This document shows positions 28,721 through 38,715 of a stretch of DNA of 64,000 bases, piece after piece. The notes beneath the pieces were generated by a model. That model made no database searches and was not told the origin of the DNA. It saw only the letters and a program-made list of their open reading frames with translations. Position 1 is the first letter of the stretch. The number at the start of each line of letters is the position of its first letter. The translations under genes and the position numbers were made by a program. The stretch is from a virus. The DNA is taken from positions 33,795 to 97,794 of IMG/VR virus record IMGVR_UViG_3300036942_000180, one strand, 5' to 3'.

Positions 28721-30196
28721 CTACATATTCTCACTCATTTTAAGTTCCTTTACAACTCCATGAGGTTTTTCAACTGATAGGTTTTCTTTATTCTCAGTTA
28801 ATACCCAAATGATGTGATAGTTCTTATTTCTTAGATATTCATCGGGTATGCTACTCTCACCCCAACCATCTGTAAAATAAACTAATACATCACACTTAGG
28901 TTCTTTCTCCTCTTTAAGGTGCTTGAATACTGGAGTAAAAGCTGTTCCTCCTCTACCTGAAATACTCTTAACGTCAGATGATCTTTCAATAGGATAAATT
29001 CTGTTAATTTGCATGTCACACTCAATTACATATAACTTATCATTAACAGAATTAAGTATATCCATGATTTCATTGAAAGCCCATTCAACTTCAGTTTGAC
29101 TCATTGAACCTGAAGTATCTATTGCTGCACATACTCTTACAGCTCTCTTCTTCATTCTACCAGGTAAATCATAACGATTACGCTGTCTTCTGTTTCTCCT
29201 GAGCATGGTCTTCCTGTAAGGAATTTTAAGAGACCCAAGCATTCTTTTTAATTCCTTTTGCCAACTGATTACTGGTTTTTTGTTCAACTTATGGATAGCT
29301 TCTTCCATACCACCAGGTAGTTTACCTCGTGATTTGTTTTGAGCCTGTTGTGTGATCTTTTTAGCTACGTCTTTAGCTAATGACTCATCGCCCTCTGCTT
29401 TAGATTCATCCCAAGCATCATGGTTAGCGATTCCTTGTTTCCTCTTCTCTTCTTCAGACATCTCATCACCTTTACCACCACCAGATTCACCTTGACCTTC
29501 TTGCTCTTCTCCTTCTTCTTCACCCATGCCAAATGATCCACTGCCACCAGCTACAGACTCAGGAGATTTATTTCCACCACCAGATCCAGAACCATCATGA
29601 TTCTGACCTCTGAGTTTATCCATCATTTCTTTAAGATCTTTATTGTTCTTCTCTTCTTCAGCTAGTTTTTTAATGTAATACTCAGAACTCTCTCTAGCGT
29701 CAAGATCCAAACCTTTCTTTCTGAATTCTTCAAGGTTCATTGCTTCTTTTGGTAGGTTATCAATATATTGATTGATGGCTAAATCCATTCCAACGTTAAC
29801 TGTAGTATGATCATATTGTTTATGAAGCTTTTTACCACGAACTGGATGGATATTAACTATATGATATAATTCGTGTTTGATAATAGCTTCTATCTCAGAT
29901 AAATTAAAATTGAATAGAAATAATGGATTAATCATAATATTATAATGACTACCTACTAAATTACAAGCAGCAGGTGCAGGTAATTGATAGGTAATCTTTC
30001 TTTTAATCTGCATTAGTAGATGAGCTAGAAAACTGTCATCTACTAATAGTTTAAATACAGTAAGTTCAAAGAACTCTTTAATTTGTCCTTTTAATTCTCT
30101 TTCATTTAATTCATTTATATCTTCAACTTCTTCCAACTTACTTTGTATTTCTTCATGAAGTTGTTTGATGTTCTTATTCGACATATTACTCATCAC
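28721..30196 (-). CDS. Metallopeptidase-like plus VWA domain protein (DUF2201-type), MoxR partner
   Basis: HELYH; G/S/E-rich linker; MIDAS DTSGS, GRGGT, YFTDG. Confidence 0.88.
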   Translation of the reverse strand: MMSNMSNKNIKQLHEEIQSKLEEVEDINELNERELKGQIKEFFELTVFKLLVDDSFLAHLLMQIKRKITYQLPAPAACNLVGSHYNIMINPLFLFNFNLSEIEAIIKHELYHIVNIHPVRGKKLHKQYDHTTVNVGMDLAINQYIDNLPKEAMNLEEFRKKGLDLDARESSEYYIKKLAEEEKNNKDLKEMMDKLRGQNHDGSGSGGGNKSPESVAGGSGSFGMGEEEGEEQEGQGESGGGKGDEMSEEEKRKQGIANHDAWDESKAEGDESLAKDVAKKITQQAQNKSRGKLPGGMEEAIHKLNKKPVISWQKELKRMLGSLKIPYRKTMLRRNRRQRNRYDLPGRMKKRAVRVCAAIDTSGSMSQTEVEWAFNEIMDILNSVNDKLYVIECDMQINRIYPIERSSDVKSISGRGGTAFTPVFKHLKEEKEPKCDVLVYFTDGWGESSIPDEYLRNKNYHIIWVLTENKENLSVEKPHGVVKELKMSENM

Positions 30197-30404
30197 CTTC
30201 CTCTTTCTTTAATTTCTCTTCCATAAGATGTTTCTTATAAAGTTTATATAAATTCTCTGATGCTTCTTTATCTAAATTGATTTCTTTGGTAGGAGAGCTT
30301 TCACCATAATTTATATCTGCACATTTGATGATTTTCATCCTACCTTCTGAATCAACTTCTAAATAAGTATCTGGGAGCGTAGAAATTTTGGTAATTTCTA
30401 TCAT
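30186..30404 (-). CDS. 72-aa protein with C-terminal motif between MoxR and VWA genes
   Basis: Overlaps both neighbours; ends KKHLMEEKLKKEEGDE. Confidence 0.65.
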   Translation of the reverse strand: MIEITKISTLPDTYLEVDSEGRMKIIKCADINYGESSPTKEINLDKEASENLYKLYKKHLMEEKLKKEEGDE

Positions 30405-31841
30405 TAAAACCCTTCTGTTCTCGCATCAGCTTCATGGAAGAGGTCAAGGAATTTTTCTTCATTGAAGAGCTTTTCATAAATACTATCGGTATAGTTTCTC
30501 ATGATATCAGAGATAACTCCAACCATGCTGTCTTTAGGGATAGCATTTAGATATTCATAGAAAGCGTCCTTCATCCATGATTCCATTCTAGGAGCTTTAT
30601 CAAGATGTCTCACAACTCTATTGGATAGTACCGAAATCCTAGGCATTGTCTCTTCGTAGAGCTTATCTTTAATTTCTTCTGTTAATCCTTTCTTATTGAT
30701 AATCTCTTCAACTTTAATCATTGGGTTTTGCTTTTCCTCAATGAATTGTCTAAATGCAACAGAAGCAGATGATCCTACTGTACCTTTGATTACTGGATAT
30801 ATTAAGTGTTCTGGATTGCCTAGATCTTCATTGGATCTAATGACATCAGAAACAGCTTCCCATGATCTAGGAGTAGCCTTAACATCTTCATCAGTATTAG
30901 GTACGTGGAGCAGTTCAGGGTTTGTAGCGATGAAGTTAATGACATCTTCGTGAACCATTGTCATTTCTTCTCCCTCTACTTTCTTCTTTCTGTTAGCCCA
31001 TTTTAACCATTCTTCAACTTCAGGTTCCATTTCAAGCCAAATGAATCTATCTTTAAGAGCATCATTCATTACGTTTACCTGATAGTCTCCATATTCAGAG
31101 TTTTCAGGGTTACCTGCAGCAATGATCATTACATCGTCAGGTAGTTCAGTTTCATTGATTTTCTTATCTAGTATGAGCTGCATTAGTTCTTGCTGAGTCT
31201 GAATATCACTACGGTTTATTTCGTCGACAAAGAGGAGAGTTGCATATCCTTCCTTATGGTTATCCCATATCTCCTTCATTTTAGTATGCATTGTATATGT
31301 GTTTATGACTGTACCATCTTCTGTTTCTTTCGGTACGGGAATTCCGCCTCGTGTTATTCTATACTTTCGTATAGCACAGACTATATCTTATTCCTTCAGC
31401 ATTATCTGGTAAGGATCTCGGCACTTGGAATGATGCATTTCATCATCATTCTACTCTACTAACTATATTATATTAAAATATAATATGTTTTCGATAGTCG
31501 TTGCACCTTCCCTAATGGGCTTGGCACAGGATCGGCATATGATAATTTCTAATTATCTTTTAGCTTTCCCTGTTAGCATGATTAAAAATCATACACCCTG
31601 CAATTACAGGTTCACCGAGTTTTACTATCCGATATTTCTACCGGAAGAGAACCTAGATTGAATTAAGCTCTCCTTCTTTAATTAAAGATCCAAATAATGT
31701 TACCAGTCTGACATTTTCATACTTCTCACAAAATTCTTTACCAATGTTAGATTTACCAATACCAGCATGTCCAACTAAATATGGGGTTCTTCCACCTAAT
31801 ACACTGATCTCAATTGCCTGTAATGTGTCTTGAAAATTCAT
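30404..31841 (-). CDS. MoxR-family AAA+ ATPase; 2 exons, 373 aa
   Basis: Exons 31841-31666 and 31349-30404; GHAGIGKS, EGEL|GGIP, LFVDEINR, AAGN, ALKDRF, TPRSW. Confidence 0.88.
31350..31665 (-). mobile_element. Group I intron, ORF-less (316 nt), different lineage from the others
   Basis: P1 GGAGAGCU/GGUUCUCU; UGCAACGACUA and AAGAUAUAGUC; ends AACACG. Confidence 0.85.
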
Positions 31842-31902
31842 TATTAAACCACTCCTTTTAGTTTTTAATATAATTTAGTATAATAACTTCATTTAATCAT
31901 CA

Positions 31903-31919
31903 AAATAATATATATTTAA
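31903..31919 (-). promoter_or_regulatory. Early-type promoter motif upstream of MoxR-VWA operon
   Basis: TTAAATATATATTATTT. Confidence 0.55.
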
Positions 31920-32024
31920 ATTATAAGTTAAATAAAACAATTCCCCTCTCATTTATTTAATTCTCAAAAAAATACAAAATCCCTACCTAAAATTCAAATT
32001 TTTTAAGTAGGGATATCAACACTT

Positions 32025-32780
32025 TTAGTTCATTTTTTGTTCCATAATATATTTTCTAATATATTTATTATCAGATTTTTTAAGAAACTTTTTAAATTTT
32101 TCAATATCGAAATTTCCTAAATCTGTTTGATAAATTTCATCATCATATAAAAATCTAACTATTCTTAATATAGAAAGGTAATGTAGTTGTTCTATACCAA
32201 AAGTCAGTATTTCATATATTGAATACTCATTCTTTTTGAATTCTCTATTATAAATGGAATTTGAAAAATGATAAAAGAATTCTTTGTCACGTTTCATTAC
32301 TGTTTTAAGACATTCTTTAAATTCAACACTTTTAGTGTAATCAATCCCACTTTCTATTATGAACATTATATAAGCATTAAAAGTTCTAAAGAAATTATGT
32401 CCAGAAGTATTATCCCATTTATAATTTTCTCTATATTTAATATTAGTATTAAATAATGTTCTGGATACTCTTTCTTCAAATTCATTTAAATCTATTATAT
32501 CTTCTAATTCGCTTGTCTTAGATTTTAAAAAACCGTTTTTGTATCTCACTATTTTAGATACTTTTTTATGATTTAATTCTTCATAGTTATTATCATATGG
32601 AAAAGGAGTATACCCTTCAGTATCTACTTTTTCTAATAACTCATTCATATAATTATTAACTGGTTTCATTATCTCTTTATATTGATATTTAAATAACTCT
32701 GAATAGTTATTGTAATTTTCTAACCTAGCAATAAAGAAATCTATAACAGTAAATTTATTAATATTATCTTCTCCTTCCAT
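32025..32780 (-). CDS. Hypothetical protein with C-terminal motif
   Basis: Ends RKYIMEQKMN; start uncertain. Confidence 0.65.
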   Translation of the reverse strand: MEGEDNINKFTVIDFFIARLENYNNYSELFKYQYKEIMKPVNNYMNELLEKVDTEGYTPFPYDNNYEELNHKKVSKIVRYKNGFLKSKTSELEDIIDLNEFEERVSRTLFNTNIKYRENYKWDNTSGHNFFRTFNAYIMFIIESGIDYTKSVEFKECLKTVMKRDKEFFYHFSNSIYNREFKKNEYSIYEILTFGIEQLHYLSILRIVRFLYDDEIYQTDLGNFDIEKFKKFLKKSDNKYIRKYIMEQKMN

Positions 32781-32852
32781 AAAAAATGTATATTTAAGAC
32801 CAAATCTATCAAAAGTTGGCTTTCCCTTATAAAGACACTCTTCCGTTCTTTC

Positions 32853-33611
32853 TTATTTAAGAGATTCTTCCATTTGATACTTTTTAATTAAACTATTTTC
32901 ACTATTCTTTATTTCTTTTAAAACTTCTTCCCATAAGTAATAATCATAGTCACTATATTCACTTTTAAATATGCTATTAATATTACGTATAAATCTTTTC
33001 TTAGTCATAAAATGAATATCTTCTAAAACATCAATTATTGTATTTACTAAAAAGTCCCTTACTTCTTCATCTGTATGTTTCATTTGATATGTTGTATCAT
33101 AATTATCTAATAAATTAATAGTAAATTCAGTATCATCTTTTATAAACTGTTCTATTATAGAATAAGATAAATTTTGATATTCGGTAGTTAATAATTTATC
33201 TTTTTTATAAGCATCTTTACTTAAGTATATTACTGATGCAAGAAATAGTTTATTATTTCTTGATTTAGTTAATTTTTGAGTAGATAAAGCTTTTTCTATT
33301 AAGGTACATACAAAATCGAATTTAAAATCTATTTCTTCTTTATCTTTAATAATTTCTAAAGAGTTTGATATTAGGCTAGAAAATCTATTCATTGTACTAT
33401 ATAAATTTCTTCCATCTGAAGCGTAATACTCTTTAAAATCCTCTCTAGTAACTATATTGATATCATATTCTTCATATAAATAATCCATTAAATCAAATAA
33501 TATACTTCTTATTAATTTAACTTGAGTTTTATATTCTGATTGTGAATAAGCATAATTAATATTATTAATAAATTCTTTTAAAAAATCAATATTATTTTCT
33601 TTATTATTCAT
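32853..33611 (-). CDS. Hypothetical protein with C-terminal motif
   Basis: Ends KKYQMEESLK. Confidence 0.65.
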   Translation of the reverse strand: MNNKENNIDFLKEFINNINYAYSQSEYKTQVKLIRSILFDLMDYLYEEYDINIVTREDFKEYYASDGRNLYSTMNRFSSLISNSLEIIKDKEEIDFKFDFVCTLIEKALSTQKLTKSRNNKLFLASVIYLSKDAYKKDKLLTTEYQNLSYSIIEQFIKDDTEFTINLLDNYDTTYQMKHTDEEVRDFLVNTIIDVLEDIHFMTKKRFIRNINSIFKSEYSDYDYYLWEEVLKEIKNSENSLIKKYQMEESLK

Positions 33612-33628
33612 TTATTAATCCCTCCAAA

Positions 33629-34381
33629 TTAATTGTATTTTTCATATACAGCTTTAGGTAATACCATATGATATGTTGTTTTCATTCCAGATTTTGGATC
33701 ATAATATCTTCCATTTATATTAAAATGGAAAATGTTATCTGGGAAATTTAATTTTTCTTCAATTGTTTTAAATCCAACTTTTTCTCTACTAAAAAGGTTT
33801 TCATTTAGTATCAGATGTCTATCTAATTTCATTAACTTATCTTTATTCACAAGATTAATATTTTCTTTAGCCATAGAATAAATACCTAATAAATCAATTA
33901 ATTCCTTTTTTCTTTCTTTTTCATTCTTGGTTTCTTTTCTTAATTCTTCAATAGTTTCATCAGTTATTCTCTTAGATGATGAATAATGTTTAGATATTGG
34001 ATTATAATAATAACCATCTTTAATATCAAATTTAAATACTTCTGGAAATTTTATTTTCATTTGCAATACCCTATCTAAATTATTTTTATTATTTTGAATG
34101 TATGTTAAATATCTATCAACTACATCATTATCATAATATCTTCCAATAGGTTTCACTAAATGTTCTAATAAATATACTTTTTCTTGTTTTGATAAAAGTT
34201 TATTATCTATTTTAAATAATTTATACAATTTATTTAAATTATCTAATTTTGAATCTTTTCTATTTTTAACAGTTTCAGTATAATTATCAGTTTTATTAGG
34301 TGGGTTTATAATTGTGTAATAATAAATAATTGATACTACAATTGTAATTAAAATCATAACTAATAGTATTGAATATACCAT
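33629..34381 (-). CDS. Membrane-anchored hypothetical protein
   Basis: N-terminal TM; internal duplication (FPEVFKFDIKDGYYYNP / FPDNIFHFNINGRYYDP). Confidence 0.65.
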   Translation of the reverse strand: MVYSILLVMILITIVVSIIYYYTIINPPNKTDNYTETVKNRKDSKLDNLNKLYKLFKIDNKLLSKQEKVYLLEHLVKPIGRYYDNDVVDRYLTYIQNNKNNLDRVLQMKIKFPEVFKFDIKDGYYYNPISKHYSSSKRITDETIEELRKETKNEKERKKELIDLLGIYSMAKENINLVNKDKLMKLDRHLILNENLFSREKVGFKTIEEKLNFPDNIFHFNINGRYYDPKSGMKTTYHMVLPKAVYEKYN

Positions 34382-34591
34382 TCAATAACCTCCTTTAATT
34401 TAATTTTAGAAATAAGAAACCATACAGTATTTTTTCAACTGTATGGTTTGTATATTAAAATTATTATGAATAATATTTTAAATTTTCTTTTTGATTTTGG
34501 GAAATTTCTCTATACAATTTACCTAAATTTACACCCTGGTTAGTTTTATTGTTAGTTGGGACTTTTTTCTTTTAAAAATCTGTGTTACATA

Positions 34592-35821
34592 TTATTTGTC
34601 TAACTTTTGTTCTAGCTTAACCTTTTTTACTACATTCTTATATCTCTCTAGTCCATCAGGAATATCATTAATAAAGTCATAGTTAAATAGGTTATCGCTG
34701 TAATCGGTATAGACATCCTTCTCAAACTCAACTATATAGTTTTTAACCAAAGCCTTAAGAGTAAGACCATGTGTTAAATCACTATTATTAAATGTCTCTA
34801 ATATCATTCCTGCAACTATTTTATTTAAATCATCAATCATGCCATCTGAATAAGCTGTAAAGAAATATTTTTTAATTCTATAAAACTCGATATTATCTAC
34901 TGTATTTTCTATAAATTCCCTTATCATACCTAAATAGTCTTCATAATTATCTTTTGTTAGATAATTTTCTACAAATGCCATATATGCTTTGATTCTCTCT
35001 TTAAATTCTGTTACATTACCTGCCATTATAGAGTTTCCTTTTAGAAGAAATTGTTTTACTTCAAATGGTTGATCGTCAAAAGTATCTTTATCTATAATAT
35101 CTAAATTTTTAAATATTTCTTCATCATAATACTGTTTATCAAAATTACGCCTTCCAACATTTACGATTTTGAAATACTGTTCTAGTTCTTCTTTAGTAAC
35201 TGACTGTTTTACAATTGTTACATGTTCATATCTATAAAGATGTCTACTCATATAAGCTTTGGCTTCAGTACTTATTTTATCACTATTTTCCATAAATATC
35301 TTTTTCAACCAATAATCTCTACCTCTTCCTTTTTCATCACTTCCTACTATTCCATCTAATGCTAATTCTCCTCTATATGGATCTTCTTCTGTATTGAATA
35401 AGTCTATAGTTTTGCTTATTATTTCTTCTTCTCTATCTCTAATACCAACTTTCTCTAAGTATCTTGAAAATCTATATTGTGATAAATTATCAAATTCTAC
35501 ATAGTTATAAAGATCTTCAGTAGTAACTTCTTTCCCATCTCTATTAAGCATTAATAATGCTTCACTATTTAGATTTTTAATATTATCTCTTATCATTTCA
35601 GGATGTTTAGAAAGATATTTATAGTTATCATATAATTCTCTTCTCAGCATCTCTTCTATCTCATCTTTAGATATTTTTCTTTTAGTATTATAAGTATTTT
35701 TATCTATTTCATAATACACCATATCATTTATATCATTATAATATAAATCATCATTTATTTCTTCTACTGAATTAGCTATAAAAGCCCTGTCAGAGTTGGT
35801 GTTCAATACTAATATTTTCAT
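34592..35821 (-). CDS. Hypothetical protein with C-terminal motif
   Basis: Ends KKVKLEQKLDK. Confidence 0.7.
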   Translation of the reverse strand: MKILVLNTNSDRAFIANSVEEINDDLYYNDINDMVYYEIDKNTYNTKRKISKDEIEEMLRRELYDNYKYLSKHPEMIRDNIKNLNSEALLMLNRDGKEVTTEDLYNYVEFDNLSQYRFSRYLEKVGIRDREEEIISKTIDLFNTEEDPYRGELALDGIVGSDEKGRGRDYWLKKIFMENSDKISTEAKAYMSRHLYRYEHVTIVKQSVTKEELEQYFKIVNVGRRNFDKQYYDEEIFKNLDIIDKDTFDDQPFEVKQFLLKGNSIMAGNVTEFKERIKAYMAFVENYLTKDNYEDYLGMIREFIENTVDNIEFYRIKKYFFTAYSDGMIDDLNKIVAGMILETFNNSDLTHGLTLKALVKNYIVEFEKDVYTDYSDNLFNYDFINDIPDGLERYKNVVKKVKLEQKLDK

Positions 35822-35824
35822 GAT

Positions 35825-36262
35825 TTATCTCCTTTCATTATTTAGTTTTAAATCTACTTTAAGCATTTTGTAAGCTACATAAGCTTCTTGAATATTATTT
35901 CTTATTATTTCTTTAACCTCTTTGTTTTCCATACTGTCTGTTAATCTTATTCCTGATTCTTGTCTAAAATAATATGAGAATTTATTATATCTAAACTCGT
36001 TTATTAAAACAAAATCAGTTATCATTTGATACTTATTATTTTCAGAATAGTTTATTATAGCATCCTTTCTAACTTTAATTGTTTGAATTAGTTCTTCTTT
36101 AACAACAGATCTAAGATTCCTAGTAGCTAGTTCATTCAGTTCTTCGTTAATATTAAGTCTAAAGAAATTATTTATATTCTTTTCACTAGGTTCTATTCCA
36201 GCTTCTTTATACGCCTCAACGATATCATCAACATCAAAATTAATTTTAACTGTAATTTCCAT
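35825..36262 (-). CDS. Hypothetical protein
   Basis: N-terminus resembles 61612-61833; weak motif variant KMLKVDLKL. Confidence 0.6.
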   Translation of the reverse strand: MEITVKINFDVDDIVEAYKEAGIEPSEKNINNFFRLNINEELNELATRNLRSVVKEELIQTIKVRKDAIINYSENNKYQMITDFVLINEFRYNKFSYYFRQESGIRLTDSMENKEVKEIIRNNIQEAYVAYKMLKVDLKLNNERR

Positions 36263-36297
36263 GGTTATCTCTCCTTTATTTTTATTGAATTGATATA

Positions 36298-36309
36298 AAC
36301 AAAATAATA
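36298..36309 (+). promoter_or_regulatory. Late-type promoter AACA-N6-TA
   Basis: AACA-AAATAA-TA before plus-strand gene 36345. Confidence 0.6.
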
Positions 36310-36344
36310 ATAATAATTTAAAACATAAGGGATGTGAAATAATA

Positions 36345-36617
36345 ATGACTGCAACTCAAATAAACGCCATTTTAACCAATGATACACAAGAAAACATTTT
36401 ATATATTAAAGTTAGAAGTAGTTTGATGGTATATCCTGATAGGAACTCATTAGTAGAATTTAATGATACTGATGATTTATTACATGTTATTGATAATAAT
36501 GGAAATCATGAGTATTGGAGTTACGGAGATATAACAATGATTAGATTCAAGGGAGAAGAGTTAACTTCATATGAAGAAATGCTTATGCAGCCAAGTAGTA
36601 AAGTTATTAGAAATTAA
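36345..36617 (+). CDS. Hypothetical protein
   Basis: Isolated plus-strand ORF with promoter motif and downstream hairpin 36626-36657. Confidence 0.7.
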   Translation: MTATQINAILTNDTQENILYIKVRSSLMVYPDRNSLVEFNDTDDLLHVIDNNGNHEYWSYGDITMIRFKGEELTSYEEMLMQPSSKVIRN

Positions 36618-36660
36618 ATATTAAAATCCAAACCTATTTAATTATAGGTTTGGATTATAT

Positions 36661-37251
36661 TTAATATTTTTCTTGTTTTATTTTAGAGAGTAATAGGTAA
36701 TCAAATATTCTTTCTCTCGTTTCTTCTGGTGCATTACTAAATAGGGATACAAAGAAATTTCTACACTCTTTTGTATTTTCTATTTTTAAATTATTAGTAA
36801 TCATTAGTAAATTTAATAGATTATCTTTAATGTCAAATATTTCATTATCTTCTTTGGTCATAACTTCGATTAATAATTGATTTTCTTTAGTTTTTAATTG
36901 GTTTTCTATTCTAACTTCAGCAAGTTCACTATCTTCGATATCTTCAACTGAAAGGTAAAACATACTATCCTCATTGACAGTTTCATCTTCTAATCCTCTA
37001 CCTACACTATCTCCCAGAGTTTGATCTAGTATATCTTCTATGTAGGTTTTAATAGCATATTCTTTTTCACTATTTATTTCTTTAATATATTCATCCTCAA
37101 GTTCAGATTCAATCATTTCTTTAATTCCTGTAGTATTAAATATTTTTATTACTTCATCTTCAATCGTATCAGATAAATCATATTCTTTAATATTTTCTTT
37201 AATATCTTTATCTGAGATTGAAATTTGTAAAATATCCATAATATTCATCAC
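36661..37251 (-). CDS. Hypothetical acidic protein
   Basis: 196-aa ORF; early motif at 37284-37300. Confidence 0.65.
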   Translation of the reverse strand: MMNIMDILQISISDKDIKENIKEYDLSDTIEDEVIKIFNTTGIKEMIESELEDEYIKEINSEKEYAIKTYIEDILDQTLGDSVGRGLEDETVNEDSMFYLSVEDIEDSELAEVRIENQLKTKENQLLIEVMTKEDNEIFDIKDNLLNLLMITNNLKIENTKECRNFFVSLFSNAPEETRERIFDYLLLSKIKQEKY

Positions 37252-37517
37252 CTTTCATTAAAATAGTTTATTCTCTTTCAATATAATAATATATGTTTAA
37301 ATTAGGTATTAAACAGTGATATTTATATATTTAATAAATATCACTGTATTTATATTAAAATTTAAAGTGACCTCCGAAAAATGGTCTCTTCTTGCTATCT
37401 ACTGCCACAAATACTTCATAATTTTCTCCATCCATACTTTCTAATAGTTTAAATTTAAAATAAGGTTTTTTGTCTTTGAATATTCTCTTATGAAAACCCG
37501 AAAGTTTTAAACTAAAT

Positions 37518-37931
37518 TTAGTTCCCATTATTTTTCATCTCATCTATAGTGGCGTGTATGATGTCTTTGATGAAACAATCAATGTGATCAATAGCTATAT
37601 TTAAAATATTTAAAGAATTTTTATTTAAATTTTTCTTTATTCTATTTACTGCTTCTTCTAGTATTTCTTTCTGTCTACTTTCAGTAAAATTTCCTTTTTC
37701 TTTTAATTCATTTACTTTCTCTTGGTTTAAAGATCTTACCGTCACGGCTACTATTTCTTCAAGTTGTACCATGGCAGAGTCTAATTTTTCTAATTGTACT
37801 TTTGCCACTTTCTCATCATGCTCCAGTATCTTTCTAGACGTATATTGTGCCAGATATTTCACCAAAATCAACCCAGAAATAACAAATATAAATTCCACTG
37901 GATTGCTAAATATCTTATTTATAATTTCCAT
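37518..37931 (-). CDS. Holin-like (LL-H type) membrane protein
   Basis: One N-terminal TM then VAVTVRSLNQEKVNELK pattern; late motif 37961-37972. Confidence 0.5.
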   Translation of the reverse strand: MEIINKIFSNPVEFIFVISGLILVKYLAQYTSRKILEHDEKVAKVQLEKLDSAMVQLEEIVAVTVRSLNQEKVNELKEKGNFTESRQKEILEEAVNRIKKNLNKNSLNILNIAIDHIDCFIKDIIHATIDEMKNNGN

Positions 37932-37974
37932 ATTATCATTCCTTTCAAATTACTAATATTTAATATAATGTTGA

Positions 37975-38238
37975 AAAAATAATAAAGAGATAATCAATTA
38001 AGATTATCCCTTTATTATATCGAAAAACGGTAAGAATAAAAATACTAGGAGTGCATTTTATTACCTATTTATATGAATAAGAATCAAGGATACAACTAAG
38101 CTATACTGGCAAACACATAAAAAATATTCATCGAATTTTAGTCATGGGGTAATATTATTACATTTAGTCACATTTATTTATAATTCTGAAAGGAGATATC
38201 CATATCCTTGATTCTTAGTAGCAAAAGCAGAATATTGT
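37975..38238 (-). ncRNA. Candidate structured small RNA
   Basis: No ORF; AACA-N6-TA at 38249-38238; 15-bp inverted repeat 38078-38092/38203-38217; terminator 37981-38016. Confidence 0.35.
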
Positions 38239-38247
38239 ATTTATTTG

Positions 38248-38715
38248 TTATTTGATCTTGTGTACTTTCTGATTAGAAGTTGCTAACTCCATTCCATATT
38301 GAATATTATCATCAGTTTTATATTCAGGTAAATAACGTCCTGTTTTAATATAATCTAGCTCGCTTCTGATATACTTGGGAATTTGATCTATTTTATACCT
38401 AGTGAACATCCATAGATCCACGTCAAACTGATTTAAAAATTGAATTAAATCAATTAAACTAGTCATATCTTGATCCATTGGATCTCCACCAAAAAGCATT
38501 ATATTATCTATCAAATCAGGATAATCATTTATTTTTTCTTCTATATTATTATAATGTTCTTTATAATTTTTTCCTTTTAAAAAGTCCCACAATTCGGGGT
38601 TGTGGCAATTGGTACACTTAGGGGTTGCGTTACAACCCGCTAAGTATATATCTAAACTATTATATTTTAAAGTAAAGTCTATTTTAAATATATTCATCAT
38701 ATTAAATAGCCTCAC
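38248..38715 (-). CDS. nrdG: Anaerobic RNR activase (radical SAM)
   Basis: GCNATPKCTNCHNPELW, GGDP, LATSNQ. Confidence 0.92.
   Translation of the reverse strand: MRLFNMMNIFKIDFTLKYNSLDIYLAGCNATPKCTNCHNPELWDFLKGKNYKEHYNNIEEKINDYPDLIDNIMLFGGDPMDQDMTSLIDLIQFLNQFDVDLWMFTRYKIDQIPKYIRSELDYIKTGRYLPEYKTDDNIQYGMELATSNQKVHKIK

Noticed and set aside
32780-32855. Read-through fusion of 32853-33611 with 32025-32780 (same frame, one TAA)
   Set aside because: Each protein ends in its own C-terminal tag and an SD-like GAAGGAG lies near the second start; separate genes are more likely
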